DNA from: Heteronotia binoei
Lineage: Eukaryota
Length of the DNA stretch: 64,000 nucleotides
Assembly (NCBI RefSeq): GCF_032191835.1
Contig: NC_083226.1
Span: forward strand, 72,230,001 to 72,294,000
Direction of reading: 5' to 3'
The notes under the pieces were generated by a model. That model ran no database searches and had not been told where the DNA came from. It saw only the letters and a list, made by a program, of their open reading frames with translations. Below, in pieces: positions 21,324 to 33,335 of the stretch. Position 1 is the first letter of the stretch. Every line of letters begins with the position of its first letter. The position numbers and the translations under genes were made by a program.

Positions 21324-24300
21324 CTGGTTCTTTAAACATAAGAAAAACCTAGTTTACCATATAATTACCATCAGAGCTGATCATTTGAATCTAAGCTTCA
21401 TAATCAAAAGCATTCATTCAGAGAGGACTTCCATTTTGTTCTCGTGAGCATATCAAGATAAGGTACTTTGTCTCTACATGGTTTGGCATTCACAAAGCTG
21501 TTCTGCATAGGTAACGCATGAACTCTACCTGACCAGATGGAAAATAGGAGTAGACTTGCTGCTAGAATTTGAAAAAATAGTCACTGGGGTGGATCCAACT
21601 ATCCTTCAAGTAGCTTTACTCCAGCCTGTGGAGCTTTTCTCCAGCTTGTATAGCTTTCCTTCGGTTTAGGTGGCGTTCCCAAAATGGAACAGCTACTTAA
21701 GTTGGAGGAAGGCTTTTTTGATTGGAGGAAAGCTTCATACCTAAGCCAATAGGAAAAGATGGGTTTAAATATCATAATAAATAAAGACACAAACTCTGCT
21801 CAGTTGAGAGGTAGGATAGGAGTAGGAGCTATCCCATTGGGATAAATATTTCACTAATTTTAAATCCTACATTGAAAATTCTGGTGAGCATACCAAACTG
21901 CCATGCTTTTAATACATCTACCTCAGAGTGAAAAGGTTTGTGGCACATTTTTTTTTAAAAAAAGCATTGTAGGTGGTTAGACAAAAAGGGCAGCATTTGG
22001 GTGATGTCAGCTTCATCTATAACAGCAGGAGGGAGAGCTGGGGGGGGAAAGTCCTCTCACGCATATATGTGTTGCTCACTGCATTGTGACAGTGGGTGAT
22101 GTGAAAGACCTTACCCAGGACTCTGGAGAGCTGCAGTCAGAATAGACAATATTGACCTTGATAGACCAATGGTCTGACTTACTATAAGGCAGTTTCATGT
22201 GTTCATGTAAACCTTTCACAGAATTTCATAGTTAAAAGTGCAAAAACAGATCAGTGGTTATATAGCTTCTAGTCTGCAATCTCATGAATCAGTGTGATGT
22301 CAGGCAAAATATGTATGCAACAGGATAAATGCATATTCAGTTTTAAGATGTCAGAAACCAGAATGCAATGCAACTGCTACAACTGATGAAGCAGTAAATG
22401 ATGAAAGTACATAGGATACTGGGGAAATGTTACTTTGTTCAACTGTTTCAAAACTGATGATGGAAGTATTCCTTAGGTTTATTAGATGTGGACAGCCATA
22501 AGTTCAGGATGGACTGTCCATTAGAATTCTAATTGCACATGAAGAACAGGGATCACAGGAAACTGTCATCTCAACATGCTATTAAAGCCACTAGAATGAG
22601 TATGTGAATGTTTGTGTGGGAAGACCCTTACTGTGCGCCCTCTATTATGTCCTCTGTTATGTCCAAGACCTAATGTATATTTTACTGCTGTGGTGTTCTT
22701 GCTTTCCTGAGTTACCCTGGCAATTTGCCAAAGTCCCAGGCAGTTTCTCATATGAGCAATGTGGTATGTAAAATGGCATCTCAAAGCACTGAATCACAAC
22801 ATTGTCCAGTCTCTCTTATACAGTCCAAGACTCCATAAGTAACTGCAAACCTCACCTCCTGAAACTATTCCAAATTTTCCAAATCACTTTCCTGGTGAAG
22901 CATGAATGAATGACATCTACAGATGGCAAAGTGGAGCACAATTGAAGGAGATGATGCTAAATGAAAAAAGATTAAAGGGGGGAAAAATCATGTGATTTCA
23001 CTTATCTCCTCACAAATAATCTGAAAGCTAGTAAGCACACACAAAAAGTATTTCTTCCAATGCTAACAATTCCATTAGAAGGAAGGATCTTACAGGTTCT
23101 TTCATTTCCTTCCTGAATGCAATATAATGCCTATTATCAACTCTGCTTCTCAGTAAACATACCAATGTGTGGCCTCAACATGGGACCCATTCATTGCTTT
23201 GAATGTGCTGTCAATTATTGCTTAAATATTCAAGACTAGCTCGGCATCCCAACAATCAGCAATGGCATTTTTACTCTACTATTACCTTGCATGTAATCTG
23301 GAGGCTTTAAAAACCTGCTGTTCAAAGACTGCTCAAGTCTGTCAAGAGATTCCTCCACTTTACCCTACCATCTTATTTAGACATGTTGGATTATGCAAAG
23401 AGCCTGAGAACTGTCACACATAGCTGGTTAGATTCTTCTGTTTTGGGCACATGTAAAAGGGGAAATTTAAGAATTGGGAAAAAAATTCTTCCACACGTTC
23501 ACCATAATACTTTTCTTGTACTTTAACCTACACATTTTATGAGTGTTATGAGCCACTGTAAATCTCCAATTCAGTGCTGGAAAGGTGAGAGTATAGAAGT
23601 GCACCATCTTGCTCTCTACACATGTTAAAATATGTTGGTATAGGAACCAAGCTCAAGCCCTGTTCAGAAGTTCATTCTAGGTAAGATTGTAAGAATTATG
23701 GTTATTTCACATGACAGCCTCCTGTTCAATTAGTATTTGTTGTGGTGAATGCATAAAGTCTGAAGAGAATTCAACATCCCCAAGTGCTAAAAGATAAAAG
23801 GCTGAAGCTAGTGGAAATTTATTTTAACATTTGAGGAGGAGCCAAGTGGACATTTTGGGTGAACGTTCTCTGGCTGATGGCCCTCCGACTCACCATTTTT
23901 TCTGGGGTTGGCAGAAGAAACAGCAGGGAGTGGACATGATTTCAGATGGCACTCTAGAAACTATAATATTACCCTATGATAATACCATAAAATTTCTAGA
24001 GCATCAGACAATACACTGATATCACATCTGATTTTCTGCCTAGATACAATGTTTGCAAGTAGTTCAACATCACATATGCCCTGCCCCTGAAGTTCCCAGG
24101 GGTGCCTCTGCTTGAGAACTCAATCTGAGTGGATAATACTACCACTGATAGACCATGAGCTTGATTCAATATAAGGCAATTTCAGGTGTTTATGTATAAG
24201 TAATGGAAGAGTGGTGATATCTGCCAGTTCCTTCTACCATCACAAACTTCTGTTCCTGCTCATGGTATTCCTCTGGGTCTCCTGCCCCCCCCCCCAACAC

Positions 24301-24384
24301 CATTTCAGAGTCATTTGAGGCTACATAAAAAACACACCCTGGAAGGTACAATTGGTCATATCTCCCTGACATGGATCCATGGTG

Positions 24385-24596
24385 TGATTGGAGTTTGGTG
24401 TAGTGGTTAAGTGTGCGGACTCTTATCTGGGAGAACCAGGTTTGATTCCCCTCTTCTCCATTTGCAGCTGCTGGAATGGCCTTGGGTCAGCCATAGCTCT
24501 CACAAGAGTTGTCCTTGAAAGGGCAGCTTCTGTGAGAGCTCTCTCAGCCCCACCTACCTCACAGGGTGTCTGTTGTGGGGAAAGAAGATGAAGGAG
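24385..24596 (+). mobile_element. tRNA-derived SINE split by the Gypsy insertion (resumes at 29377)
   Basis: Same family as 1520. Its tail GGAGATTGTAAGCCACTCTGA continues after the right LTR. Confidence 0.82.
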
Positions 24597-24861
24597 TGTA
24601 ATGTACTGAGAACCGAGACGGTTTGAAGGCAACATTCTTTATTGGGGGGTACATTACCAGACAAAAAAGCATGCGGGCCGGGCCCCGCTTATATACATCG
24701 CCTGGACAGCCCCCCTGGTTTGACCAGGCCAATCCTGGTCAGTCCAAACTTCCCGCCACAGGTCTTGGTGGGCGGGGCGACTGGCGAGCTACATCCGGGG
24801 ACCCAGGGGTCGCCTTCTGTAGGGCTCGCGATGCGGTACCATCTTAAGTCAATACATAACA
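24597..24861 (-). repeat. Gypsy 3' LTR (265 bp)
   Basis: TGTAATGTAC...CATAACA, a direct repeat of 29015-29376. Polypurine tract on the minus strand at 24862-24872. Confidence 0.93.
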
Positions 24862-24999
24862 CTCCTCCCCCCTTAGCTCAGGACACATAATCCCTCAAGT
24901 AAGCGGGAGCTGTGAGCACCCGGGTCGACCTCCGGGGGGACCCTTGGGGGGGTTGACCCGGCCACCGGCTCTGTCAGGGGCCCAGCTGCTGTGGCCCCC

Positions 25000-27994
25000 A
25001 CGTGGGGGAACCGCCGGCCTATGGCTGATCATGCCCCCCAGTTCTGCCGGGGCTCTGGCCGTCCTCTTCGTTTTGATGTGGCTCCGCTACCCGCTTGGTC
25101 GGAGCGGGCGGTGGGGCCGTTCATTGGGGAGGTGTGGCGGTGGGCTCCTCTCCGCCCTGCATAGCCTCCGGTTCATCTGGCAGGGTGCGGCGGCGGATTT
25201 GGTTAATGTGCCTCCACAAGATTCGGCCCTCCTCCGTGGCTACGTCGTAGTGACGGGACCCTAGGACACGCAGCACCCATTCCACTACCCACTCGGGGCT
25301 GTTCGCGTAGTTCCTCGCGTACACCGGGTCTCCCGAGAAGAATCCCGTGGCCACTTCCCTAATCTCGGGGGACCCGCGGATGTCCGAGGCCCGGTCGGGG
25401 TGCAGCCTATCGAGTCTCATGATAAGCTTGCATCCCATTAGTAATTCCACCGGGCTTACCCCTGTGACAGGGTTGGGGGTTATCCTGTTGTCAAATAGGA
25501 AGGCGGCTAAATGGTGGTCCCAGTCCCCTTGCACTATGTGACCCAAGGCTTCCTTTGTGGTGCACACCATTTGCTCCGCTTGACCGTTAGTGGCTGGGTG
25601 GAATGGGGCGGACCGTATGTGCCGAATTAAGTACCTCTGTAGGAACTCCTGGAATTCCCTGGAGGTAAAGGCGGTCCCGTTGTCTGAGACGATGGTGTCC
25701 GGGATTCCATGCGTGCTCAGGGCCCTGTGCAGCGCCCCGATTGCCGCCGCCGTGGAGGTGGATGCCACCGGAATGACTTCCAGCCACTTGGTGAATGCGT
25801 CCACCAAGATGAAGAATATTTGACCCTGGAAGGGCCCCGCAAAGTCGATGTGAAGCCTCGACCACGGCTTCCTGTTAGTTTCCCAGCGTTGCGCGGGGGT
25901 GCTGGGTGGTTCGGGTTGGGATTCTTGGCACGCTCTACACTTCCGGACCCAACCCTCTATCTCCTCGTCCATCCCCGGCCACCAGACGTAGCTACGTGCT
26001 AATGCCTTCATCGTAACAATTCCTGGATGAGTTTCATGGAGGGACTCTAGCACTTGCCTCTGTAGCAGGGGGAGCACCACCACCCTGCTGCCCCACAGAA
26101 GACACCCCTTGTGGGCAGCTAGTTCCTCCTTCCACATTGTGTATGCCCTGAACTCCTCGCCCAGTTTTCCCACTGGCCAACCCCTTACCAGCCAGTTGAG
26201 AACCCACGCGAGTATCTTGTCTCGCCCCGTGGCTTTCGCTACCTCTGCTGCGTGTAGAGGCCGCTCCGGGAGCGTTTCTATGAGCATCACATGGTGGGCT
26301 GTGGCTGGGTCAGGGTCCAGGGTGAGCAACGGTAAGCGGCTGAGTGTGTCTGCGTGGCCCATAGCCTTGCCCGGCCGGTGGACCAGGGTGTACGTGTAGG
26401 GATTGAGGGACTGATTCCACCGCAGCACACGCTGTGATAAGATCTGTGGCGTTTGGTGGTCTGGGGCTAAGAGGCCCAGGAGGAGTTTGTGATCTGTGGC
26501 TATGGTGAACCGCCTCCCGTACAAGTAGTTATTAAACTTGTGTACCCCAGCCACAATCGCCAGAGCCTCTTTGTCGATCTGGGCATAATTCCGCTCTGCA
26601 GGGGTCAGGGTCCTCGAGTAGTAGGCCACCGGAACCTCCCTCCCGTCCAGGAGTTGGTGCCCCAGGACGGAGCCCACCCCGTACGGCGATGCGTCACAAG
26701 TGAGGACCACTGGTAGGCTCTCATCAAAATGGTGTAGTACGTCATTGGAGATGAGCAGCCCTTTTACTGCCTGAAACGCAGTGTCCTGTGCCTTCCCCCA
26801 GACCTATGGGGCATTTTTGTCTGGGAGTCTGTGGAGAGGTTCCGCTATGGCGGCTTTGTGGGGCAGAAACTAATGATAAAAGTTTAATAACCCCAAGAAA
26901 ATTTGTAGTTCTGCCTTATTTGTGGGGGTGGGGGCTTCCACAATGGCGGTGGCTTTGTCGGGTGTCGGGTGGATCCCTGCTGCGTCCACCGCAAATCCCA
27001 AGAACTCTACCCTGGGCACCCCCAGGGAGCACTTTTCCCGCTTCACTTTCAGACAGGCCTCTTGGAAGCGGCAAAGTACTTCTCGCAGCCGGTTGCTGAA
27101 TTCCTCTGCATCTGGGGTGGCGATCAAAACGTCGTCAAAGAACAGCTGTACCCCGGGGATCCTTTTGAGGAGAGAATCCATCAGACTCTGGAATACCCCC
27201 AGGGCCACGCTCACCCCAAACTGGAACCTCCGCACCTTGAATGCCCCCCGGTGGGTGACTATGGCTTGTGCCTCAGCCGTGGCGGTGTCCATGGGCAGTT
27301 GCTGGTACGCCTGGGCCAAATCCAGTTTCCCAAAGACCTTGGACCCCGCTAACGCAGCCAGAACATGGCTGATGACTGGAACCGGATAGGGATTGTCCTT
27401 AAGTGCCTTGTTTATGGTGCACTTATAATCCGCACATATGCGCACCTCCCCGTTCGGCTTTACCGGGGTCACTATTGGGGTTTCCCACACGGCATAGGAA
27501 ATTGGTTCCAGCACCCCCCGGGCTGTGAGGCGGTCTAGCTCGGCCTCGATTGTGGGCTTCAAGGCAAACAGGACCCGCCTGGCCTTCAACCTTACGGGCC
27601 GCACATGGGGATCGAGGGGCAAGGATATGGGAGGGCCCTTGTAGCAACCCAGGGCCCCATCAAACACCTCCGGGAACTTCTTACACACCTCTTTGAATTC
27701 CCGCACCCCCAGCTGCTGGACCCCCACGATTTTTATTCCCAGTGGCCGGAACCAAGCTAGTCCCAACAGTGTGCTGAGCTGTCGTTTGACCACCAGTAAG
27801 TCAAGTTTGCCCCTAAACCCATTGTATTCCACCCCCACTGTTGCCCACCCCAGGACTTGAACAGGGTTCTTTTGAAAGTCCCGAAGCACGAAGCCTGCCG
27901 GCCACAGTCTGGGCCGGCCATGTGGGCACATCTTCCTCAAAGATTCCTCCGAGATTATAGAAATGGAGGACCTGAGTCCAGTTCCATCAGGCAA
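25000..27994 (-). pseudogene. Gypsy pol (protease, RT, RNase H, integrase)
   Basis: MELDSG; RICADYK, KLDLAQAYQQL, FFDDVL; LTCDASPYG, EALAIV; LHETHPG...CRAC; HIDFAG/VSDNG/NGQAE. Confidence 0.92.
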
Positions 27995-28909
27995 GGCTTG
28001 CCCTGGATCCTGACGGAGACCTTGACCTTGTGGGGCGTCTCATCGGGCAAGTTCATTACCTGGACGCTGGTTGAGGCTGTCGCGTAGTCTCCGATCAGCT
28101 CCTGGTTTGTTGACTGGCAGTGGCGGGGGGGTCTGGCACGGCAGGCCCTCACGATGTGGCCGATCTTGCCGCAGCTCCTGCAGACCATGTTGCGGTAGGG
28201 GCAGTCTCTTCGCTCGTGGGGGTCGCCACAGCTGGCGCACTTGGTCGAGGGTGGTTTCTCAGTTGCTCGGGGTCGCAGTGTCGCTCGTGGGCCCGTCCCT
28301 GCTTGGCGGCGTAGCTGGAGTGCCTCTTCTTCCTCCGGTCCACCGGAGTCCATCTGTCCCTGGTGGACGGCGTCGGCTCTCGTTTTGGGAAAGGTCCTCG
28401 TGGAGCGCTCGAATGCTACGGCCTCGTTGAAGGCGCTCTGGAGGGTGAGCTCTTCCCTCACGAATAGCTTCTGTTGCAGCCTCTCGTCTCTCAGGCCCCA
28501 TGTGAAACGGTCTGCCAGGGTCTCCTCCAGCTGTCCAAAGCTGCAGTTGCCCGCGATTTGGCGGAGAGCTGCCAGGTAGTCGGCGGCCGTCTCTCCCGCT
28601 TCCTGGTCCCTCTGGTGGAAGAGGAATCGGCGGGCCACACGTGAGGGCTGCGGCAAGAAGTGCCCAGTGAGGAGTCTGACTATCTCCTCATAGGACTTTT
28701 CCGTGATCTTCGTGGGGGCCGAGAGACCCTTGGTGATCTTGAACGTGGCCACTCTGCAGACACTCAGGAGAACGTCCCTCTTTAGGCAGTCTTCAGTTAT
28801 TCTGTTGGCTCGCAGGTAGCACTTTACCCGCTCCGTGTAGGTCTCCCCCTTCCGGATTCGCGGGGTTGAACTCTTCGATATGGCCCATTGTTCCGCTCTG
28901 GTTAGCCAT
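27960..28909 (-). pseudogene. Gypsy gag
   Basis: MANQSGTMGHIEEFNP, then after a frameshift YLRANRIT...ARRFLFHQRDQ...LRDERLQQKL; zinc knuckles CASCGDPHERRDC and CRSCGKIGHIVRAC. Confidence 0.88.
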
Positions 28910-28995
28910 GGTGGCTGTGGCGGTGGTAGCCCGACGGGTTGCCTTCGAAGTCTCTGATGGATCCGCGTAGCCCTATTTAAATTTCCCAGGCTAGG

Positions 28996-29013
28996 ATCCC
29001 ATCCTCGTCGCCA
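28996..29013 (-). promoter_or_regulatory. Primer-binding site complementary to tRNA-Ser(GCT)
   Basis: Plus strand ATCCCATCCTCGTCGCCA equals the 3' 18 nt of vertebrate tRNA-Ser(GCT) as I recall it. It lies 1 nt from the LTR. Confidence 0.82.
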
Positions 29014-29014
29014 C

Positions 29015-29376
29015 TGTAATGTACTGGGAACCGAGACGGTTTGAAGGCAACATTCTTTATTGGGGAGTACATTACCAGACAAAAAAGCATGCGGGCCGGG
29101 CCCCGCTTATATACATCTCCCAGACAGCCCCCCTGGTTTGACCAGGCCAATCCTGGTCAGTCCAAACTTCCTGCCACAGGTCTTGGTGGGCAGGGCGACT
29201 GGTGAGCTACATCCGGGGACCCAGGGGTCACCTTCTGTAGGGCTCGCCATGCGGTACTATCTTTTTTTTTTTTAAACATTCATCATTTATTGAGATTAGT
29301 ATATATAACAAATCCATAGTAATAATAAGTATTTAACAATTAAACTTGCGGTACTATCTTAAGTCAATACATAACA
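29015..29376 (-). repeat. Gypsy 5' LTR containing a short LINE-type insertion
   Basis: About 11 substitutions versus the other LTR by eye count, plus an insert at 29264-29346. Confidence 0.92.
29264..29346 (-). mobile_element. Very short polyadenylated retroposed insert (L1-type 3' stub)
   Basis: Minus strand AATAAA plus poly(A), flanked by a 14-bp TSD TGCGGTACTATCTT (29250-29263, 29347-29360). Confidence 0.85.
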
Positions 29377-29400
29377 AGGAGATTGTAAGCCACTCTGAAT

Positions 29401-29615
29401 AGGAGCCCTATGGTGGAGTGGTAAGCTGCAGTATTGCAGTTCAAGCTCTGCTGATGACCTGAGTTTGATCCCAGTGGAAGCTGGGTTCAGATAGCCGGCT
29501 CAAAGTTGACTCAGCCTTTCATCCTTCTGAGGTCAGTAAAATGAATATCCAGCTTGCTGAGGGTAAAGTATAGATGACTTGGGAAGGCAATGGCAAACCA
29601 CCCCATAAAAAGTCT
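29401..29615 (+). mobile_element. Sauria-type SINE, partial
   Basis: GTTGACTCAGCCTTTCATCCTT and an RTE/BovB-like GGAAGGCAATGGCAAACCACC segment. Confidence 0.75.
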
Positions 29616-29714
29616 GAGACTCTGATTCAAAGATAAGGGCAGGGTATAAATCTGCAGTCTTCTTCTTTCTTCTTCACAATTTCTGCAACAAATTCTGGAG
29701 GAATATCATTATAC

Positions 29715-29832
29715 CCAGATGGCTCTGCAAAGCATCTTATAATGTGAAGACTTATAGACAGAAATTTGTTTGCTAGGACTTCCAGTACACTAATAAAGTT
29801 CTGCTCATCTGTAAGAATATTTCCCCACTTGC
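29715..29832 (-). CDS. Candidate host exon, gene unidentified
   Basis: Acceptor TTCTGCTTTTGCCCAG, open frame GKWGNILTDEQNFISVLEVLANKFLSISLHIIRCFAEPSG, possible GTATAA donor. Non-repetitive sequence. Confidence 0.3.
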
Positions 29833-32800
29833 CTGGGCAAAAGCAGAAAGAAGAATCTGCCAGTATTCCATGCAGGAAGTAAACATGATGGAATAGTACT
29901 AAAAAGCTGATAACAGGTAACAAAATTCAATATGCCTATAGGTTATGTATATAATCGGATAGGGAAATCTTATTTTTAAACAAAAGAAACCATCACCGGT
30001 CAGGTCTTGCCTGAATCAGAAGCATGACCAAACAGCTTACAAGTTCACAGTATACATGACTTGGGGATTCATGATCAGATCTGTTTAACATTTAAAAGCA
30101 GCAATGACTGCCCAAATGTGGTCAAATGCAGAATAGGATCACAGAAGTACTGATGGAAAAGCTGGCCACAGCAATGTAAGTGTAGGTATAATGGGAGGGA
30201 GCATATTAATTGTGCTTGGTCCAAGAGGAAGGGAAAACCACTGTAAGAAGAAATGCTAATAAAATATCCTTTATTCATTGTATCGCTTTATAAATAAAGA
30301 TGGAACAGTCATGAACAAGTCTGCCTGTTACTTGTTATTCTTGCCAGATTTGATGGGAACTGAAAAAAAGGTCAATTGAAGCCCACAAAAACCCCTACAA
30401 TCCCATCAGCTACAACAGAAAGTCATACTGGCGCAATCTGGGGAGCATAATTTCCAGGACAGACAGGCTCTGACCAAGGCTTTGCTCTGTTAAAAGATCC
30501 ATTCTTTGTAGCCAATTAAACCTTGGCCATGGAAAGCACTGTAGCTTGGGGAAAGGCTGTGTAATGGCATTAGTCAATTTGTAACATTGTGCCTAGATGT
30601 AAGCATGTTAGCAGGCAACCTGAAATTTGTGAGAGCTCATCAGCAGGAGAAGTTTTATTTTCAAATGCCATTCTTCAAAATTTAACAGCATTATTTTTAT
30701 TTATTTGGTAAATTTATATTCCGCCCTTTCCCAAATGGGCTCAAAAATATCAGCCAGATCAAATGGTATTTTAGCACATCAATCAGGAAGTAAAGTTAAT
30801 TGTTTGTGTAAAGGTTTTGAGCAACCTCTGGTTGAATCCACTTTTTCCTAATGCGTTGTGAACAGGTAGCCAACTGTTCACTGCGTACTACCTTTGCAAG
30901 CAGCTTGAGCCTTTTCAGTGGCTTATTACAGCTAGGGATGAGCTCATAAAAACATATCCTTTTAATTCCATTTTGGAAAATCAGGAAGGGCATGAGGTCA
31001 GTTTTAATAAAATATCTTCTTTGTAATATTGAGCTCCTATCAGTGATTAATAAATGCTGTTGCTTCTTTGGAAGGTCATACACATATTAGTCATAATCAC
31101 AAATACTTAATGTAGCATAGGAAAATGTTGTATGATCTATCAATAAACAGAGAAATATGTGAAAATTAAATTAGATGAAGACACCCCCCCAAAAAACCCC
31201 ACACATTTTCAGCACCAATTCTGTTGAGAGTAATATTGTTCAAAGTGAGCTTTCCTTTTGGGTTGTGAAGAACAGACTATGTGTATATAACAATGATGAC
31301 AATGATCCAGAGTTCGACAAACTATAATTGCACACCAGAGTTCATGAATATGGAATATTTTTCACAACTAAGGAGAAATCATATTTATATGCAAAAGTTT
31401 GAAACTGATATAAATATCCTATTTGCTACCTAGTCCACATTGTCCTCATTTTTAATAAAGTAGGATTAAAGAACTAAATGAAGAAGGCTGTCCACAATTA
31501 CAAAAAGTTAAGAGGATTTTCTGGAAGAAAGCAGGAAGAGATTATAGGGGAAGAAGGAGGGATCTCAGGCTGTTCCACTGGTTCTTCTATCAGGCCCCTT
31601 AGCAACTGGCTGTCCTCTGCTTTCTTCTCTTTCTCTCTTGCTTCCTTCAACATCACAGCCTGCTTTGCCAAGCTTGCTTAATTGCACAGGAGCTACAGAG
31701 CCTCTCTTCCTTCTATTAGACCCTACAGAGTCAAGCCTCTCCTCCTTCTATTAGCTGAGGCTCCTCCCCTCATGGTCCCCTGGGGAAGGAAGGAAAGAGC
31801 CAGAGCTTCCTTTGCCCAGTTCCCTGAATCCCATGGGAGTGATTCAAAGAAAGCACCTTTAAGACCAATGAGTGGTAATGTTTTAAGCATGTTTTATTTT
31901 AAGGGTTTTTTAAAAAAACAAAGCAAAACTTTAATTGTGTTTGTCTGTGTCCTTTATAAAGTTTCAATCTCTGCTATCTAATCTTAATAGGAACCCACCC
32001 AGCCTGACAGGGCCTGGCCCGACAAGGTCTCATTTATGTCAGATCCAGCCCTCATAACAAATGGGTTTGACATCCCTGATCTAGAAGAACATAGCATTTC
32101 CATCATATAGTTCAATGTGCTAGGCCTTTGGCCATAGAAGTAAGATTCACTTTTCAGCCTTCCAGGTTTCATATTTTAATGATTCTACTGTAATGATCTT
32201 ATTTTCTAATTAATGCTACTGCAATAATCATTCCTAACCTCTTCATAATATCATACTTGTCATAAAGCTATGACGAGTGTTGTACTACATAATATGGGGG
32301 TAACCTTTAATACACACACACACCATCTTAAACAGTAGCCTGTCTTCTCCCCAGTTTTTCATACTCCCATTATTGGCTTTAAATGCTCTGCTTAATAGAC
32401 TATTGGAGTCAGTATATAGACAGCAATTGGTTAAGAAATGAATTCATCCACTGAAAGGCTTAAAATTGTTTGCATATAAATTAATAACAACTTCATGAGC
32501 ATTTATTTTTTTACAACAAAACATTTTGATGAAAAATTATCGATAAGCTTTGAGTTTGAACCACCCAGCTTTTTCACTTTATCTTTGCCAGTTCTCTTTT
32601 GTGTATGACAGCCAGACATATATGTAACCCTGAACCTGAGAGACAGAGGTATAGAAGGCAACAGAAACTTTGTGTGAGTGGAGAAGGGACATCATACATG
32701 GCTTTTGTCAATGCAGATCTTATGATCCCAGACATAGCTTTCTTTCCTCTCGCCAGTGAAAGAACTGGTGGGATCTAACCATTCAAGCAAGAATTACTGA

Positions 32801-33141
32801 CAGACAGTTAAATAAAATCATTTTTGAAAATACTAAGTACCACAATGAATTTTCAAGGCACTATGTCAATTGTGCTTAAGCCACAGATACAAAAGTCATC
32901 ACAACTTGAAAAGCTTCAAGTCAGCTCATTCTTAGGTTTGGGTTATCAGATGCTGTACAGCCAGGCACCAGCTCAGTAACTGTAATGCAATTCTTTGAGG
33001 GCAATGTCACACACATTTTTTTTTCCTACACAGATAAAATTTCCAGTAGAAGTAAACATCTGTATCAATAGTGTTGTAGACATAGCATCAATAGTGCACA
33101 GAAATACACTTGCAGTACCAAGTTTACACAACCAAGATGGA

Positions 33142-33335
33142 TTCAAGTGGCTAGTTGTGTTGGTCTGAAGCAATAGAACAAAGTTTGAGTCCAATGGCAC
33201 CTTTAAGACCAGCAAAGTTTAATTCTGGATATAAGCTTTCATGTGCATGCACACTTCATCAGATATGTGCACACAAATGCTTATACCCAGAATTAAACTT
33301 TGCTCGTCTTAATAGTGCCACTAGACTCAAACTTT
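33142..33335. mobile_element. Penelope-like pseudo-LTR fragment with partial inverted copy
   Basis: GGCACCTTTAAGACC...CAGAATTAAACTTTGCT inverted pair; minus strand CTGATGAAG...GAAAGC. Confidence 0.7.

Larger units (their letters stand above)
24597..29376 (-). mobile_element. Ty3/Gypsy LTR retrotransposon, near full-length, frameshifted
   Basis: TG...CA LTRs, 5-bp TSD AGGAG (24592-24596, 29377-29381), PBS, PPT, domain order gag-PR-RT-RH-IN. Confidence 0.95.
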
